Source: an uncultured Planctomycetota bacterium
Lineage (GTDB): Bacteria > Planctomycetota > PLA2 > JAEUHO01
DNA: 64,000 nucleotides
Assembly: GCA_963752285.1 (NCBI GenBank)
Contig: CAVVXN010000005.1
Location: 2,144,001 to 2,208,000 of the forward strand
Direction of reading: 5' to 3'
Shown here: piece by piece, positions 52,037-63,079 of the stretch
Layout: every line of letters starts with the position of its first letter
How positions within the stretch are numbered: the first letter of the stretch is position 1
The notes under the pieces: model-generated
Database searches by the model: none
What the model was told of the DNA's origin: nothing
Seen by the model: only the letters and a program-made list of their open reading frames with translations
Position numbers and translations under genes: made by a program

Positions 52037-52570
52037 ATGCTGGTCTGGGCGAAAGAGTTCTCAACGCACGGAGGCAACACCGCGGCAGACGTGCTTGAGG
52101 TGGCAAAGCGCTGGTTGATCGGAAGCCCACACGGTGCATGGACAGAGAAGTGCTTCGCAGACAGCCAGCCAGGAGAGTTTTCGACGCACACTTGCGGCGA
52201 CCAAGTTGCCACCACTGCCATCGCCAAGATTGATAGTGGCGTAGTGGCAGGGCTTCGCCATTACTGGGAGCAGAAGCACTGCGAGTGGGTCACCGAGGTC
52301 GTCGGGTATGAGCGTCCCGAGAGCCTCCAACTCGCCGTACGAGTCGAGTGCAATGCCCTCCAAGCAGGTCAGCGCGTGCCCAAGGTACGCAAGCCGTACG
52401 TGGTGCGACTCCTGCTCGAGCACTTCGGAGACGGGGACGATGCCGGTCTACCTATCGGCGGCGACCCCATTCTCATCAGAGAGGCTGACGTACGCATGGC
52501 TGCGGCCCTCCTCTCTGGCAATCACGACAACCGCTTTCCCGTCGTGTACGTAAGCGCTGGCGCACGCGAT
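52037..52570 (+). pseudogene. Hypothetical protein N-terminus cut by IS256
   Basis: RBS GGAG; open frame up to the IS end at ~52571. Confidence 0.6.
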
Positions 52571-53043
52571 GGGGGTGTAACGTTCTTTCTGTAAAAGACT
52601 CCCCGACCGGAGGAGCCGGGGCCCTCTCGCTTCCGCGAGCGTAGCGAGCGGAAGCGAGAGGGCCCCGGCGCGGCCGTGCCGGGGGGAAAGTGGTGGCGGA
52701 TCAGCGCCGATCCAACTGCAGGTGCCAACCAAGCAGGAGGAACCGACGTGACCCACCACCCGCAGACTACGTCCATCGATCGGATCCTGGAAGTGGTCGC
52801 TGAAGAGAGCTTCGGCGGCATGAGCGAGGCGATCCGGGTGCTGCTCAACGAGGTCATGAAGATCGAGCGCTCCGCCTTCCTGGGGGCCGCTCCCTACGAG
52901 CGGGCCGAGTCTCGGCGCGGCCACGCCAACGGCTTCAAGCCCAAGACCGTGGCCACGCGGGTGGGGAAGATCACCCTGGACGTCCCCCAGGTCCGCGGCG
53001 CCCCGGATGGCGAGACCTTCTACCCGCCGTGCCTCGAGCGCGG
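52571..53043 (+). mobile_element. IS256-family left end and transposase 5' fragment
   Basis: End GGGGTGTAACGTTCTTTCTGTAAA; GTG 52748; ERSAFLGAAPYER..NG.KPKTV.TRVG.I.LDVPQVR. Confidence 0.85.
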
Positions 53044-53349
53044 CCATGGGCCTGTCGCCCTTGCGGGTAGTCCTTCGGCGAAGACGATCGTAACCCCGGA
53101 TGCTGAGGTGAAGGTGCAGCTGCTGTAGCGCATGTTACGCATGTTCTGGATGAACGCCCGCAGGGCGTCCCCCATGTCGCCCGTGGCACTCAGGCTGGGC
53201 GGCGTCCCCTGACTTGCGGTGAGCCCCGCCTGCTGCATGGCAGCCTGACCATCGCTGTTCACGTCGGCCCTGGCGACCATCAGTCCCACGACGCCGAGGA
53301 CGACGCAGGCAGCCAGGGCGACAGCGACTCTGCGCGTGTGCTTGCCCAT
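53044..53349 (-). pseudogene. Secreted protein 5' part (cargo 9), truncated
   Basis: Signal peptide MGKHTRRVAVALAACVVLGVVGLMVARA; ends at the IS256 junction. Confidence 0.6.
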
Positions 53350-53557
53350 TGAAATCCCGTCCTTTCTGACGTGCTCACGCGGCCCATCCCGCCTCGAACA
53401 CGCTGTCTCGACCGTACTCCGATCAACGCTGGGGTCAACCCGAGGAACCGCGACCACGGCCAGATGGCCGGTCCAGGCGACAAGATAGGGCTTGGGGCCC
53501 CCGTGGGCTCCCTGCGGACCACGGACTCCGCAGTCGATTCAGGCGGAATCCCGCAGG

Positions 53558-53622
53558 TTAGGACACGTCCCCCTCGAACAGCACCCGCCCGTCCCGATCG
53601 TGGAGCGTCACTCGCACGACTT
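53558..53622 (-). pseudogene. Anchor ORF 3' remnant
   Basis: VVRVTLHDRDGRVLFEGDVS*. Confidence 0.8.
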
Positions 53623-53797
53623 CAGCCTCGGCGGGCGGACCGGCGCTCCAGCCACCAGTAGAGGCAGCCGTAGAAGAAGCCACCGAGCACCCCTACGAGT
53701 CCGTACACCAACGCGCAGCGCGGCCAGGGCGGCGAACCTCGACCTCCACGCGGGCACCCTCGCCCTGCGCGGCGACCTCCCTGCGCACAGGAAGAGG

Positions 53798-54610
53798 ATG
53801 AACGAGATCCGCCGACGACTGGAGCGGTGGGTGGAGTTTGTCAATCCATACGTCCGAATCCGCCGCGCCATCACTGAACTCCACAATGAGTTGAAGAGTC
53901 TCGACTTGGATCCAGAGGGGCGGAAGCTAGGGTCCATCTGGCAAGACAATTCTCCCGATGAAGCCGGCAAGCTTTGGACTGACGCTGCCAACCGATACAG
54001 CAAGGGAGTCGGCCTCTGTTTCGGCATTCGGTCCATGATACCCGTCCTTGCAGAGTCCTTCGTAAACCTGGTTCTGAGCATACTGATGAGACCAGACCTC
54101 AAGACCGACAACAGACTCCGTGAGAACATCCTCCGGCAGCCAATTGATGTGCGAGTCAAATCGCTGCACGTGAATTGTGTCGGCTTCTCATCCGCGATTG
54201 ACTACAGCACCGAGCCGTGTGCGAACTACCACCGCTTAGTCAACAAGCGCAATGACCTCCTCCATGGCAACGTGGACGTCGAGAAGCTGAAGTTCAACGA
54301 AGTCTACTTCGACCGCAAAGTCCCAATCTTCACTGAGTACCGTTCGCTGTGGAGGCGAACGATCAGCGTGTGGTTGGGTGCCGTCGGACTGGACCAACTG
54401 GATTCTGAGCTTGAAACAGTGGATGCCTTCGTGGAGTACGTCCTCTCGTGCATGACTGACTCGACAGCGGATGTCGTCCGCCAGTTCCTTGCGAGCTACG
54501 AGCTCGGCAGAGAGGCTCGAACAGAGAGAAATGGCATTCTGTTCCCCAACCTCCTCATCGACTTTGTCGGGGAGGGCATGCCGCGGTTCGGGGCTCCTGC
54601 ACTCGAGTAG
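53798..54610 (+). CDS. HEPN-like (Rx4H) protein, probably 5'-truncated
   Basis: AESFVN and KRNDLLHGN motifs; lower GC. Confidence 0.6.
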   Translation: MNEIRRRLERWVEFVNPYVRIRRAITELHNELKSLDLDPEGRKLGSIWQDNSPDEAGKLWTDAANRYSKGVGLCFGIRSMIPVLAESFVNLVLSILMRPDLKTDNRLRENILRQPIDVRVKSLHVNCVGFSSAIDYSTEPCANYHRLVNKRNDLLHGNVDVEKLKFNEVYFDRKVPIFTEYRSLWRRTISVWLGAVGLDQLDSELETVDAFVEYVLSCMTDSTADVVRQFLASYELGREARTERNGILFPNLLIDFVGEGMPRFGAPALE

Positions 54611-54619
54611 GTGCCCAAG

Positions 54620-54871
54620 TCAGCAGACATCTCCGCTGAACAGCACCCGCCCGTCCCGGTCGTGGAGCGTCACTCGGACGACCTCCCCCTAAGGGAGCCG
54701 CCGGTCGATCCGGATCTTCCGGGCGATGCGCCACACGACCAAGCGGTCCTTGGCATCCTCGTGGGCCTCCTCCTGGGTGGTCCAGATCACCGGCCTCTGG
54801 TCCATGGAGAGCCCGCCAGCGAACTGCAGGCGGAGGCCGTCCAAGGTCGTCTCGAAGCACACGTCGGGGAT
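54620..54871 (-). pseudogene. Anchor ORF 3' remnant (long)
   Basis: PDVCFETTLDGLRLQFAGGL...VLFSGDVC*, with an internal TAG. Confidence 0.85.
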
Positions 54872-55722
54872 CCCCGTCGTGCGAGGGCGCATCCCGTAGT
54901 GGGAGACCAGCCGCACGTACTCCGCGTTGAAGCCCCGCTTGCCGGTCCTCAGGTCGTGCGTCGCGGCCGTCGAGTTGTCCGTCTGGCTGCACTCCGGCGC
55001 CCCCCCCAGACGCCACAGCCCCTCCTGCATCCCCTCGAACAGAGCCGCCATCGACTCCGAGCGGCACGGCGTCGCCCAGCCCCAGTTCGAGTACGGGAGC
55101 ATGAAGTGGCAGAGCTGGTGCGGGTAGGGCTCGCCCCGGATCGTGATCCCCAGCTCGTTGGCGTAGGTGAAGTCGGTCTGCGACGCCTCGCCCGGCCGGT
55201 GCTCCTGGGCGAAAAATACCTCCCGCTCCGGTCCCCGGCTCGCCCGCCACGCCTTCACCCGCCGCTGCAGCGTCCGTAGGTGCCCGTCCGCGTACGCAGC
55301 CGGACGCCGAGCCCGAAGGTCCTCGAAGAGGGTCTTGGCCTCCAGCCCGGGTGCCGCCGCCAAGCGTGCCTCCAGGTCTGCCCAGTCCGCCGCGAACGGA
55401 TCCGGCCGCGTCCGGTACGTCCGCCCCTCCAGACGCTCGCTGGGCACTTGCCCACGCTCCAGGTGCCGACGCGCCGTGTTCCGGTGCAGGCCCGCCCTCA
55501 TCGCCGCCTCGCCGACACCGGCGCCCTCGTCGATCGCCATGAACAGCCTCCAGACCTGCCTGTCGCTCGCACTCACAGCGCCGCCCTCCGGGACCGCAAG
55601 ATGCGCAGTCTCGGGGGCCCCGGGAGGCGAGCCCGCCCGGGGGGCGACCATGCACCGATCTAGTTGTCGCTGAGCAGCAGACGACACGGATCGAACGCGG
55701 GAGCGTCGACATGGCGTCGACA
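54872..55722 (-). mobile_element. istA: IS21-family left end and istA 5' fragment
   Basis: End TGTCGACGCC at 55722; RTRPDPF..W, RTLQRR, Q.DFT, LGG.P...TDN. Confidence 0.85.
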
Positions 55723-55726
55723 CAGG

Positions 55727-56488
<762 letters not shown>

Positions 56489-56968
56489 CTCACGCCCCGC
56501 GGCTGGCGGGCAGCGCGCGCTGCCCTCGAGGCCAACCCGGCCCTCGCGACCCCCGCCTGATCCGCGCGCGCCGCCCGCCAAGTCCCCTCGCGCCCGCCGA
56601 CGCCCGGAAGATCCCTGCGGATCTCGGCGCCCTGTAGTTCACCGGTCTTTTACGGCGCGACGAAGGCGAACGTGCGGAGGACAGGCGCTTTTCGACCCCC
56701 TACGTGACCACGTGCCTTGGGCCCGGGGGGCCGATGCGGAACCAGTCCGCCCGGCCGTCTCAGCGCGTCCTGACGCCGGGGATCTCGGGCAGTGGGTCGC
56801 GTCTGTCGGCCCGGCTGCGCGCCGGATGGGTCAGGCGCTTGTTGCCGTGGCCCGTGACGATGTCACGCAGCGGTGCGAAAAGCGCCTGACCCCGTTCGCC
56901 CCCGATGGTCGAGGCCGATCCGCGACGGAGGGCACCGGGAAACCGGATCCGGTGCCCTCCCCGGGCTC

Positions 56969-58366
56969 CTACTCGGCATCGATCCGCGCGAGGTACCAGA
57001 CCCAGTCGGTGGTCGTCTCGTCCTTCGTCGCGAGCCGGGCATCACCGCCCACCACGATGTCGCCCGCCTCGTCGACGAGGAGGCCCCAGGCATCGTCGTA
57101 TGCCATGACATTGAGCGGTCCAGCGACGCCGTAGCTGCCAAAGGTCGTATCGAGCGCCCCGTCTTCGTCCAGTCTCAGCACGTACACGTCCCGGGCGCTC
57201 GCGCTCGTGCTGGCGTTCCACGCCATGCACGCCAGCAAGACCTCACCGCCTGACCCTAGCCCGATGGGTGCTATTGAAGTGAGGCTGTCGTAGCCAGACA
57301 GGGCAAGGGTCACATTGCCGTCGGTACCGAAGTCCTCGTCGGCGAGCAGCTCGCTGTCCGACGAGACCCCGAAGCGCCGCACGAGCACCTCAATGCTGCT
57401 CGCCGTCCCCATCGGGTCCACCACCACAATCCGGTCGTCGGCGTCCACGGCGACGGACGTAGGGAGCGAACCCGTTCGCAGGACCTCGTCGAGCAGCGAG
57501 CCGCCCGAGGAGAGGAGGATCAGACGTGAGACCACGTTGTCGACCGTAATCCCGCTTTGGGCAGCAATTACGATGCTCCCGTCGCTCAGGACCGCCATGG
57601 CGTTGCGTCCGACCTTGTCCTCGTTGGCGGTCCCACCCTTCTTCGAATTGTTGGGGTCGTAGACCCAGTAGCCGTCCGTGCCGAAGGTCGTGTCGAGGTC
57701 ACCGTCCGCCGCGAGCCGCGCCACGAAGATCTCTCTCCGGCTGGGGTAGTTCTTCGCCGGCGGCGGAGCACCCGCCTCCCCGGCGACGAGGAGCTCCCCA
57801 CTCGTCAGGACGACCATCGAGTAGACCCTGGTGAACGTGGACTGGGGCACGTCGAGACGGACGATGCCATCCGTGCCGAAGTCCGTGTCGAGGTCGCCGT
57901 CCTCTGTGAAGCGCGCGACGGCGCCCAAGACCTTCGAGACGGTCTTGGCCTTCCTACCCGAGCCCGTCGTCGTCGTTACGAGCGAGAAGCCCCCAGCTAC
58001 GGCCTCGTCGTCGGCCGTCAACGCCAGCGCCTGGAGCGACGCGTTCTCCGGATCGGAGAAGAGGCTGGCGACGCCGCCATCGCCGAAGCTCGTATCCAGG
58101 GTCCCGTCGCTGTCGAAGCGCCGGAGCTGCCAGATGCCGATACTCGACCAACCCGCCTCCACGTAGCCACCGTCCGATGTGGCGGCCAGACCCGTACAAG
58201 GGGTCACCCAGTCCAGGTCCCCGGTCGTGGCGATCCCGTCCGTCCCAAAGCCATCGTCCAGGTCCCCGGCCCCCGCCCAGCCGAGCGTGGCTCCCAGTGT
58301 CACAAGCCCCAGAACGCCCAGGGTCCACACGCTTGCCCTCATCACTCGACGCTTCGTCCAGTCCAT
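56969..58366 (-). CDS. Secreted delta-60 repeat (beta-propeller) protein
   Basis: Repeated DG.LDT.FG.DG units; signal peptide. Confidence 0.88.
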   Translation of the reverse strand: MDWTKRRVMRASVWTLGVLGLVTLGATLGWAGAGDLDDGFGTDGIATTGDLDWVTPCTGLAATSDGGYVEAGWSSIGIWQLRRFDSDGTLDTSFGDGGVASLFSDPENASLQALALTADDEAVAGGFSLVTTTTGSGRKAKTVSKVLGAVARFTEDGDLDTDFGTDGIVRLDVPQSTFTRVYSMVVLTSGELLVAGEAGAPPPAKNYPSRREIFVARLAADGDLDTTFGTDGYWVYDPNNSKKGGTANEDKVGRNAMAVLSDGSIVIAAQSGITVDNVVSRLILLSSGGSLLDEVLRTGSLPTSVAVDADDRIVVVDPMGTASSIEVLVRRFGVSSDSELLADEDFGTDGNVTLALSGYDSLTSIAPIGLGSGGEVLLACMAWNASTSASARDVYVLRLDEDGALDTTFGSYGVAGPLNVMAYDDAWGLLVDEAGDIVVGGDARLATKDETTTDWVWYLARIDAE

Positions 58367-58557
58367 CGTCACTTCTCCGTGGGCAACGACTGCCCTGTCT
58401 CCAGATGGCGGATCGCGGCGAGAAGCGGACACCAGCAGGGAAACCGGCCTCCGGCCCGGGACCTTCGTTCGGATCGCACCCCCGCCGGCCATGGGGGGAT
58501 ACGGGTGGCGGGCGGCGAGCCGCGGGCGTAGCATCCGCCGCTCTCGGGAGGCCCGGA

Positions 58558-59112
58558 ATGGGCGAAGGAGCAAGGTCCGACGACGATGCCGAACTGGTCC
58601 GCCGCGCCCAGGCCGGAGACCAGATCGCACTGCGAGGCCTCTTCGAGCGCCACACTGAGTTCCTCCGTGCATTCGTGCGCGCCCGGCTTCCCGCGCTCGT
58701 CCGGGGCAAGGTCGCGCAGTCGGACGTGATTCAGGAGGCGTACCTGACAGCCTGGGGGAGATTCCCCGACCTCGCGGCGACGGACGCGGACGGATTCCGA
58801 CGCTGGATCACCCGGATCGTGGACCTCAAGATCCGCGAGCAGACACGGCGACACCTCGGGACGCAGCGGCGTGCAGCAGCCCGTGAGGTCCCCATCGCCC
58901 CCGCGCAGGGCGGACCCACCGATGTGGCCGACCCACGGTCCTCCCCGTCCATGCGCGCGGCAGGTGCCGAGCGGCAGGCAAGGCTCTCTCGGGCCCTCGA
59001 GGGGGCCGACTCGGCAGACCGCGCGCTTCTGGACATGGTGCACCGGCAGGGCCTCACGTATCCCGAGATCAGCACTCTGCTCGGCATCCAGCCCGACGCC
59101 GCGCGCACCCGC
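58558..59112 (+). pseudogene. ECF sigma-70 factor (planctomycete type), last helix lost at a junction
   Basis: LV.RA.AGD..A...L, SDVIQEAY, FRRW..RI, SPS, GLTY.EI...LG...AARTR. Confidence 0.8.
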
Positions 59113-59530
59113 GAGACGACCCCCAGGGGATCCAGCCCTCCTGCGACCAGAACCGGACCTCCCGAAGCACCGTGCAGCCGAGGTCCCAGGAGGTCCCGTC
59201 CGGCGCGTCGAGCTCCGCGCCGCGGTAGCCACGGATCCGGGATAGAAAACGAGCCTCGTCCGGGTCGCCGTTCTTCCAGCCGAAGGTGGCCCAGGCCTCC
59301 GCGAGGCTGAGGGTGCCGAAGTGGGCGAAGAACCCGTACCCCGCGATCGCGTGGTGCGGGGCCTTCAGCCGAAGGAACACGGGCTCCCCCGGGGTCATTC
59401 GCTTCATCGGCCGCGTGGAACGGGGCGACCAGAAGTTCACCTCGTCGACCCTGCCCGCATCCGCTCGCGAGGACAGGTAGTCGAACCACGCCTGGTCGGT
59501 CAGGGCGATGAACGGGGCTACGGTCCCCAT
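59113..59530 (-). pseudogene. N-terminal domain of a putative HNH restriction endonuclease, truncated
   Basis: TD..WFDYL..DEVNFW.P, GE.VF..LKAP...IAGYGFF, AW..FG.KNG. Confidence 0.7.
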
Positions 59531-59549
59531 GGCCAGGCATGATAGGGCC

Positions 59550-59906
59550 ATGGCGGACTCCCTGTCAGGTCTCCAGGCCGCGGCCGTCGCGTTCCGGGAC
59601 GAGCGCGACTGGAAGCAGTTCCATCGTCCCAAGGACCTGGTCCTTGGGCTCCTTGCCGAGGCGGGCGAGCTTGCCGAGGTCGTCCTCTGGAAGTCCGAGG
59701 ACGAGCTGGCCGGCGCGCTCCTCGAGGGCCCTCTCCAGGAGCGGCTCGCGGAGGAGATGTCCGACGTCCTGTTGTTCCTGCTCTACCTCGCGGAGCATTC
59801 GGGTGTGGACCTCGCGCAGGCCTGCGTGGCGAAGCTCGAGGCGAACGCCCGGAAGTACCCCGTCGAGAAGGCGAAGGGCTCCGCGCGGAAGTACACGGAG
59901 CTCTGA
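59550..59906 (+). CDS. MazG-like nucleotide pyrophosphohydrolase
   Basis: FRDERDWKQFH.PKDL, EAGEL.E, EE.SDV, KYPVEKAKG. Confidence 0.92.
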   Translation: MADSLSGLQAAAVAFRDERDWKQFHRPKDLVLGLLAEAGELAEVVLWKSEDELAGALLEGPLQERLAEEMSDVLLFLLYLAEHSGVDLAQACVAKLEANARKYPVEKAKGSARKYTEL

Positions 59907-59926
59907 AGAACGGGCGCGGAGGGGAG

Positions 59927-61846
59927 ATGACGGCCGGAGACTTCGACAGCTGCGGCTGGCTCTCGGACCTGCCCACGTTCTCGGGGACGGAGCCGCGCAT
60001 CGTTCGTCTCCGGCTCGAGTCCTTCGTGCGGGACGCGAGCGCCGAACAAGTCCGCGCCTGGGACGACTCCATCCCCTTCCTGCAGCGGGAGTGCGACGAG
60101 CTCGTCGTCTGCGACCCCGGCGCCCGCACCTTCACCGCGATCCTCGAGTACCAGCTCCCGCTCGAGTCCCGGCGTCCGGACGTGATCGTGCTCGAGAACG
60201 GCGTGGTCGTCGTCCTTGAGGTGAAGGGGAAGGACGCCGCGAACTCGGCCGACCTCGACCAGACGCATGCGTACGCCCGAGACCTTCGATGTTACCACGC
60301 CGAGTGCGAGACGCGCGACGTGATCCCCGTCCTCGTGCCGACCCGTATGCGAGGCGTGGAGCGCGTGCAAGACGGCGTCGTGGTGGCCTCGCCCGACCGG
60401 GTGCACCACGTGCTGCTCAGGTTTGCGCGAACGTCCCGGGGCTCTCATCTCACTCCCGAGGCCTTCCTTCGCGGCGACGCGTACGCGCCTCTGCCCACGC
60501 TCGTCCGCGCGGCGCGCGACCTCTTCGAGCACGGCGAGCTCCCTCGGATCAAGCGTGCCCGAGCGGCCACGGACCCCGCCGTAGAGAGGATCTCCAGCAT
60601 CGCGCGCGAAGCGCAGGACACCGGCACCCGCCGACTCGTCCTGGTGACAGGCGTTCCCGGCGCCGGCAAGACCCTCGTGGGCCTGCGCGCCGTCCACGCG
60701 CGCGAGCTCGACGGCCTGGCGGTCGCTCGCGCGGGGGAAAGACCGCGGGCCCCCGCCGTCTTCCTGTCGGGAAACGGTCCGCTGGTCCAGGTCCTCCAGG
60801 ACGCCCTGAAGGACGCCGGCGGCGGCGGGAAGACCTTCGTGCGGGGCGTGAAGGACTACGTGCAGTGGTACACGAAGCGCCCGAAGGCGGTGCCGCCGGA
60901 GCATCTCGTCGTGTTCGACGAGGCCCAACGCGCGTGGGACGCGGCACAGGTCGAGCGCAAGCACAGCCAGGGCGAGGCCCATGGCCGGTCGGAGCCCGAG
61001 CACTTCATCGAGTTCTGCGAGCGCATCCCGCAGTGGTGCGTCGTGGTCGGGCTGATCGGTAGCGGCCAGGAGATCCACGCCGGAGAGTGGGGTGGCCTCG
61101 TCCAGTGGCGGCACGCGATCGAAGGCGCTCGATCCCCATCGGACTGGACGGTGCACGCGCCGGTCGACGTCGAAAGGCGGCTTTGCGGATCGAACGTGCG
61201 CACGAGGTGGGAGCCGGCGCTGCACCTCGACACCGAGATCCGGTTCCACCTCGCCAGGCGCATCCACGAGTTCGTCGAGGCCCTCCTGGACGAGGGCGAC
61301 GCGGCGAAGGCGGCCGCTCTCGCCTCGATGCTCCGGAACGAGGGGCACGGGCTGCGGCTGACTCGCGACCTCGATCTGGCGAAGGCCTACGCGAGATCCC
61401 GGTATGCCGACCATCCCGAGGCGCGCTACGGGCTGCTCGCCTCCTCGAAGGACAAGATCCTGCCGCGCTACGGCGTGGACAACACGTTTCAGGAGACGAA
61501 GCGCTTGAAGGTCGGCCCCTGGTACAACGCCGGCGACGAGAGCCCCTATTCGTGCCGCCGGCTCGACGCGGTGGCCACCGAGTTCGCCAGCCAAGGACTC
61601 GAGCTCGATCTCTCGATCCTCTGCTGGGGCAGCGACTACGCGCGGAAGAACGGTGGGTGGACGGTGGAGCGGGCCGGCCGGACGCGGTACATCGACGATA
61701 CGCTGAGCCTGCGCCGGAACGTCTATCGGGTGCTCCTGACGCGTGGCCGCGACGGGACGATCGTCTTCGTGCCACCTGACCCCTGGCTCGACGAGACGGC
61801 CCGGTTCCTCCGGGCAGCCGGCCTTCCCGACCTTGACGCTTCGTGA
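59927..61846 (+). CDS. DUF2075 helicase with N-terminal PD-(D/E)xK-like domain
   Basis: RRPDVIVL..LEVKG; GVPGAGKT; FDEAQRAW; QGLELD; YRVLLTRGRDG. Confidence 0.9.
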   Translation: MTAGDFDSCGWLSDLPTFSGTEPRIVRLRLESFVRDASAEQVRAWDDSIPFLQRECDELVVCDPGARTFTAILEYQLPLESRRPDVIVLENGVVVVLEVKGKDAANSADLDQTHAYARDLRCYHAECETRDVIPVLVPTRMRGVERVQDGVVVASPDRVHHVLLRFARTSRGSHLTPEAFLRGDAYAPLPTLVRAARDLFEHGELPRIKRARAATDPAVERISSIAREAQDTGTRRLVLVTGVPGAGKTLVGLRAVHARELDGLAVARAGERPRAPAVFLSGNGPLVQVLQDALKDAGGGGKTFVRGVKDYVQWYTKRPKAVPPEHLVVFDEAQRAWDAAQVERKHSQGEAHGRSEPEHFIEFCERIPQWCVVVGLIGSGQEIHAGEWGGLVQWRHAIEGARSPSDWTVHAPVDVERRLCGSNVRTRWEPALHLDTEIRFHLARRIHEFVEALLDEGDAAKAAALASMLRNEGHGLRLTRDLDLAKAYARSRYADHPEARYGLLASSKDKILPRYGVDNTFQETKRLKVGPWYNAGDESPYSCRRLDAVATEFASQGLELDLSILCWGSDYARKNGGWTVERAGRTRYIDDTLSLRRNVYRVLLTRGRDGTIVFVPPDPWLDETARFLRAAGLPDLDAS

Positions 61847-61966
61847 GCGACGTAGTTTGTGGTGACCCCAGGGGCACCAGGGGGACACGGTCCGGGCGGG
61901 GTACGGCCCGGGACATGCGTCGCTCCCGCCCGTTCACGTCTCCCGGCTCGGGGCTCTCGAGCTGCG

Positions 61967-62428
61967 CTACGCCTCGGCATACGCGCGTTCGAGGCCGGCC
62001 ACATCGAGCTTCGACATCGTCATCATGGAGGCCACGACCGCCTGCACCTTCTTCGGGTCCCCGTCGCGGACCAGCTCCACGAACCGCCGCGGGACGATCT
62101 GCCACGAGAGGCCGAACGGATCGGTGATCCAGCCGCACCGCGAGGGCTCGGCGCCCGCCTGGACGAAGGCGTCCCAGTATCGATCGACCTCGGCCTGGTC
62201 CTCGCAGTCCACGAAGAGCGAGAATCCCTCCGAGAAGTGGAAGTAGGGCCCGCCGTTGAAGCCGAGGAACCGCTGCCCCCCCACGACGAACTCGGCCGAC
62301 TGGAGAGGGCCGTTCTCCCCCGCTTGGGCCCGGTCTCGGACCTCGCAGTCGGGAAACGTCTTCGTGTAGAACTCGATGGCGGCCTCGAGCTGGTCGTCGA
62401 ACATCAGGAACGGCGTGACCTTGTTCAT
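61967..62428 (-). CDS. VOC/PhnB (3-dmu-9_3-mt) family protein
   Basis: KVTPFLMF, NGGP.F.FSE, Q.EVD.YW, CGW..D.FGLSWQIVP. Confidence 0.92.
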   Translation of the reverse strand: MNKVTPFLMFDDQLEAAIEFYTKTFPDCEVRDRAQAGENGPLQSAEFVVGGQRFLGFNGGPYFHFSEGFSLFVDCEDQAEVDRYWDAFVQAGAEPSRCGWITDPFGLSWQIVPRRFVELVRDGDPKKVQAVVASMMTMSKLDVAGLERAYAEA

Positions 62429-62584
62429 GGCGCATTCCTCCCGTCGCGGGGGCCTCGATCTGCGGCACGACCGCCCGCACCCCCACTCGGCACACCGAGG
62501 GCGCGGCCCGGCGGTGTCGGTACGTGGCGCGTATCGTAGGGGACGGCTGCCGGCTCGGCAGCCACGGGAGCATGGAGACCCGGG

Positions 62585-63079
62585 ATGTACACTTCCGCCG
62601 GCCTGCTCGACCTCCACCGAAGGACGCACGCGAGCCTCGAGAGGCTCCTGGGACACTGCGCGGGGTTCTCGGTGGAGGAGCTGTCCCGCGAGATCGAGGG
62701 GTTCGGCCATCCGACCCTCCTCCGCCAGCTCCACCACGTGATCGGCGCCGAGCAGTACTGGTTCGGCGTCCTCCAGGGCCGGATGCTCGTGGACGAGGAA
62801 GACGCGGACCGCGCGTCGGTCGCGGCGGTGCGGGCGTTTTGCGACCGCGTGGCCGAGGGGACGCGCGCGTACCTCGAGGCCGCCTCGGACGAGGACCTCG
62901 CGACGCCGCGCGAGGTCACGACCTGGGGCGGGAGGAAGATCCGCGTCACCCCCGCGCACGTCCTCCTGCGCACGCAGACGCACGTCTACCAGCATCAGGG
63001 GCAGGTCGCCGCCATGTGCCGGCTCCTCGGCCGCCCCGTCCCGCGGGGTCTGGACTTCCCGCTGGGCGAGGTCCCCTGA
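62585..63079 (+). CDS. DinB family protein
   Basis: LHHVIGAE..W and H..QH.GQ motifs. Confidence 0.85.
   Translation: MYTSAGLLDLHRRTHASLERLLGHCAGFSVEELSREIEGFGHPTLLRQLHHVIGAEQYWFGVLQGRMLVDEEDADRASVAAVRAFCDRVAEGTRAYLEAASDEDLATPREVTTWGGRKIRVTPAHVLLRTQTHVYQHQGQVAAMCRLLGRPVPRGLDFPLGEVP

Noticed and set aside
46186..54871. Classical integron
   Set aside because: The integrase lacks an obvious IntI-specific insertion and sits at a tRNA att. No attC-like RYYYAAC..GTTRRRY hairpins were recognised between cargo genes.
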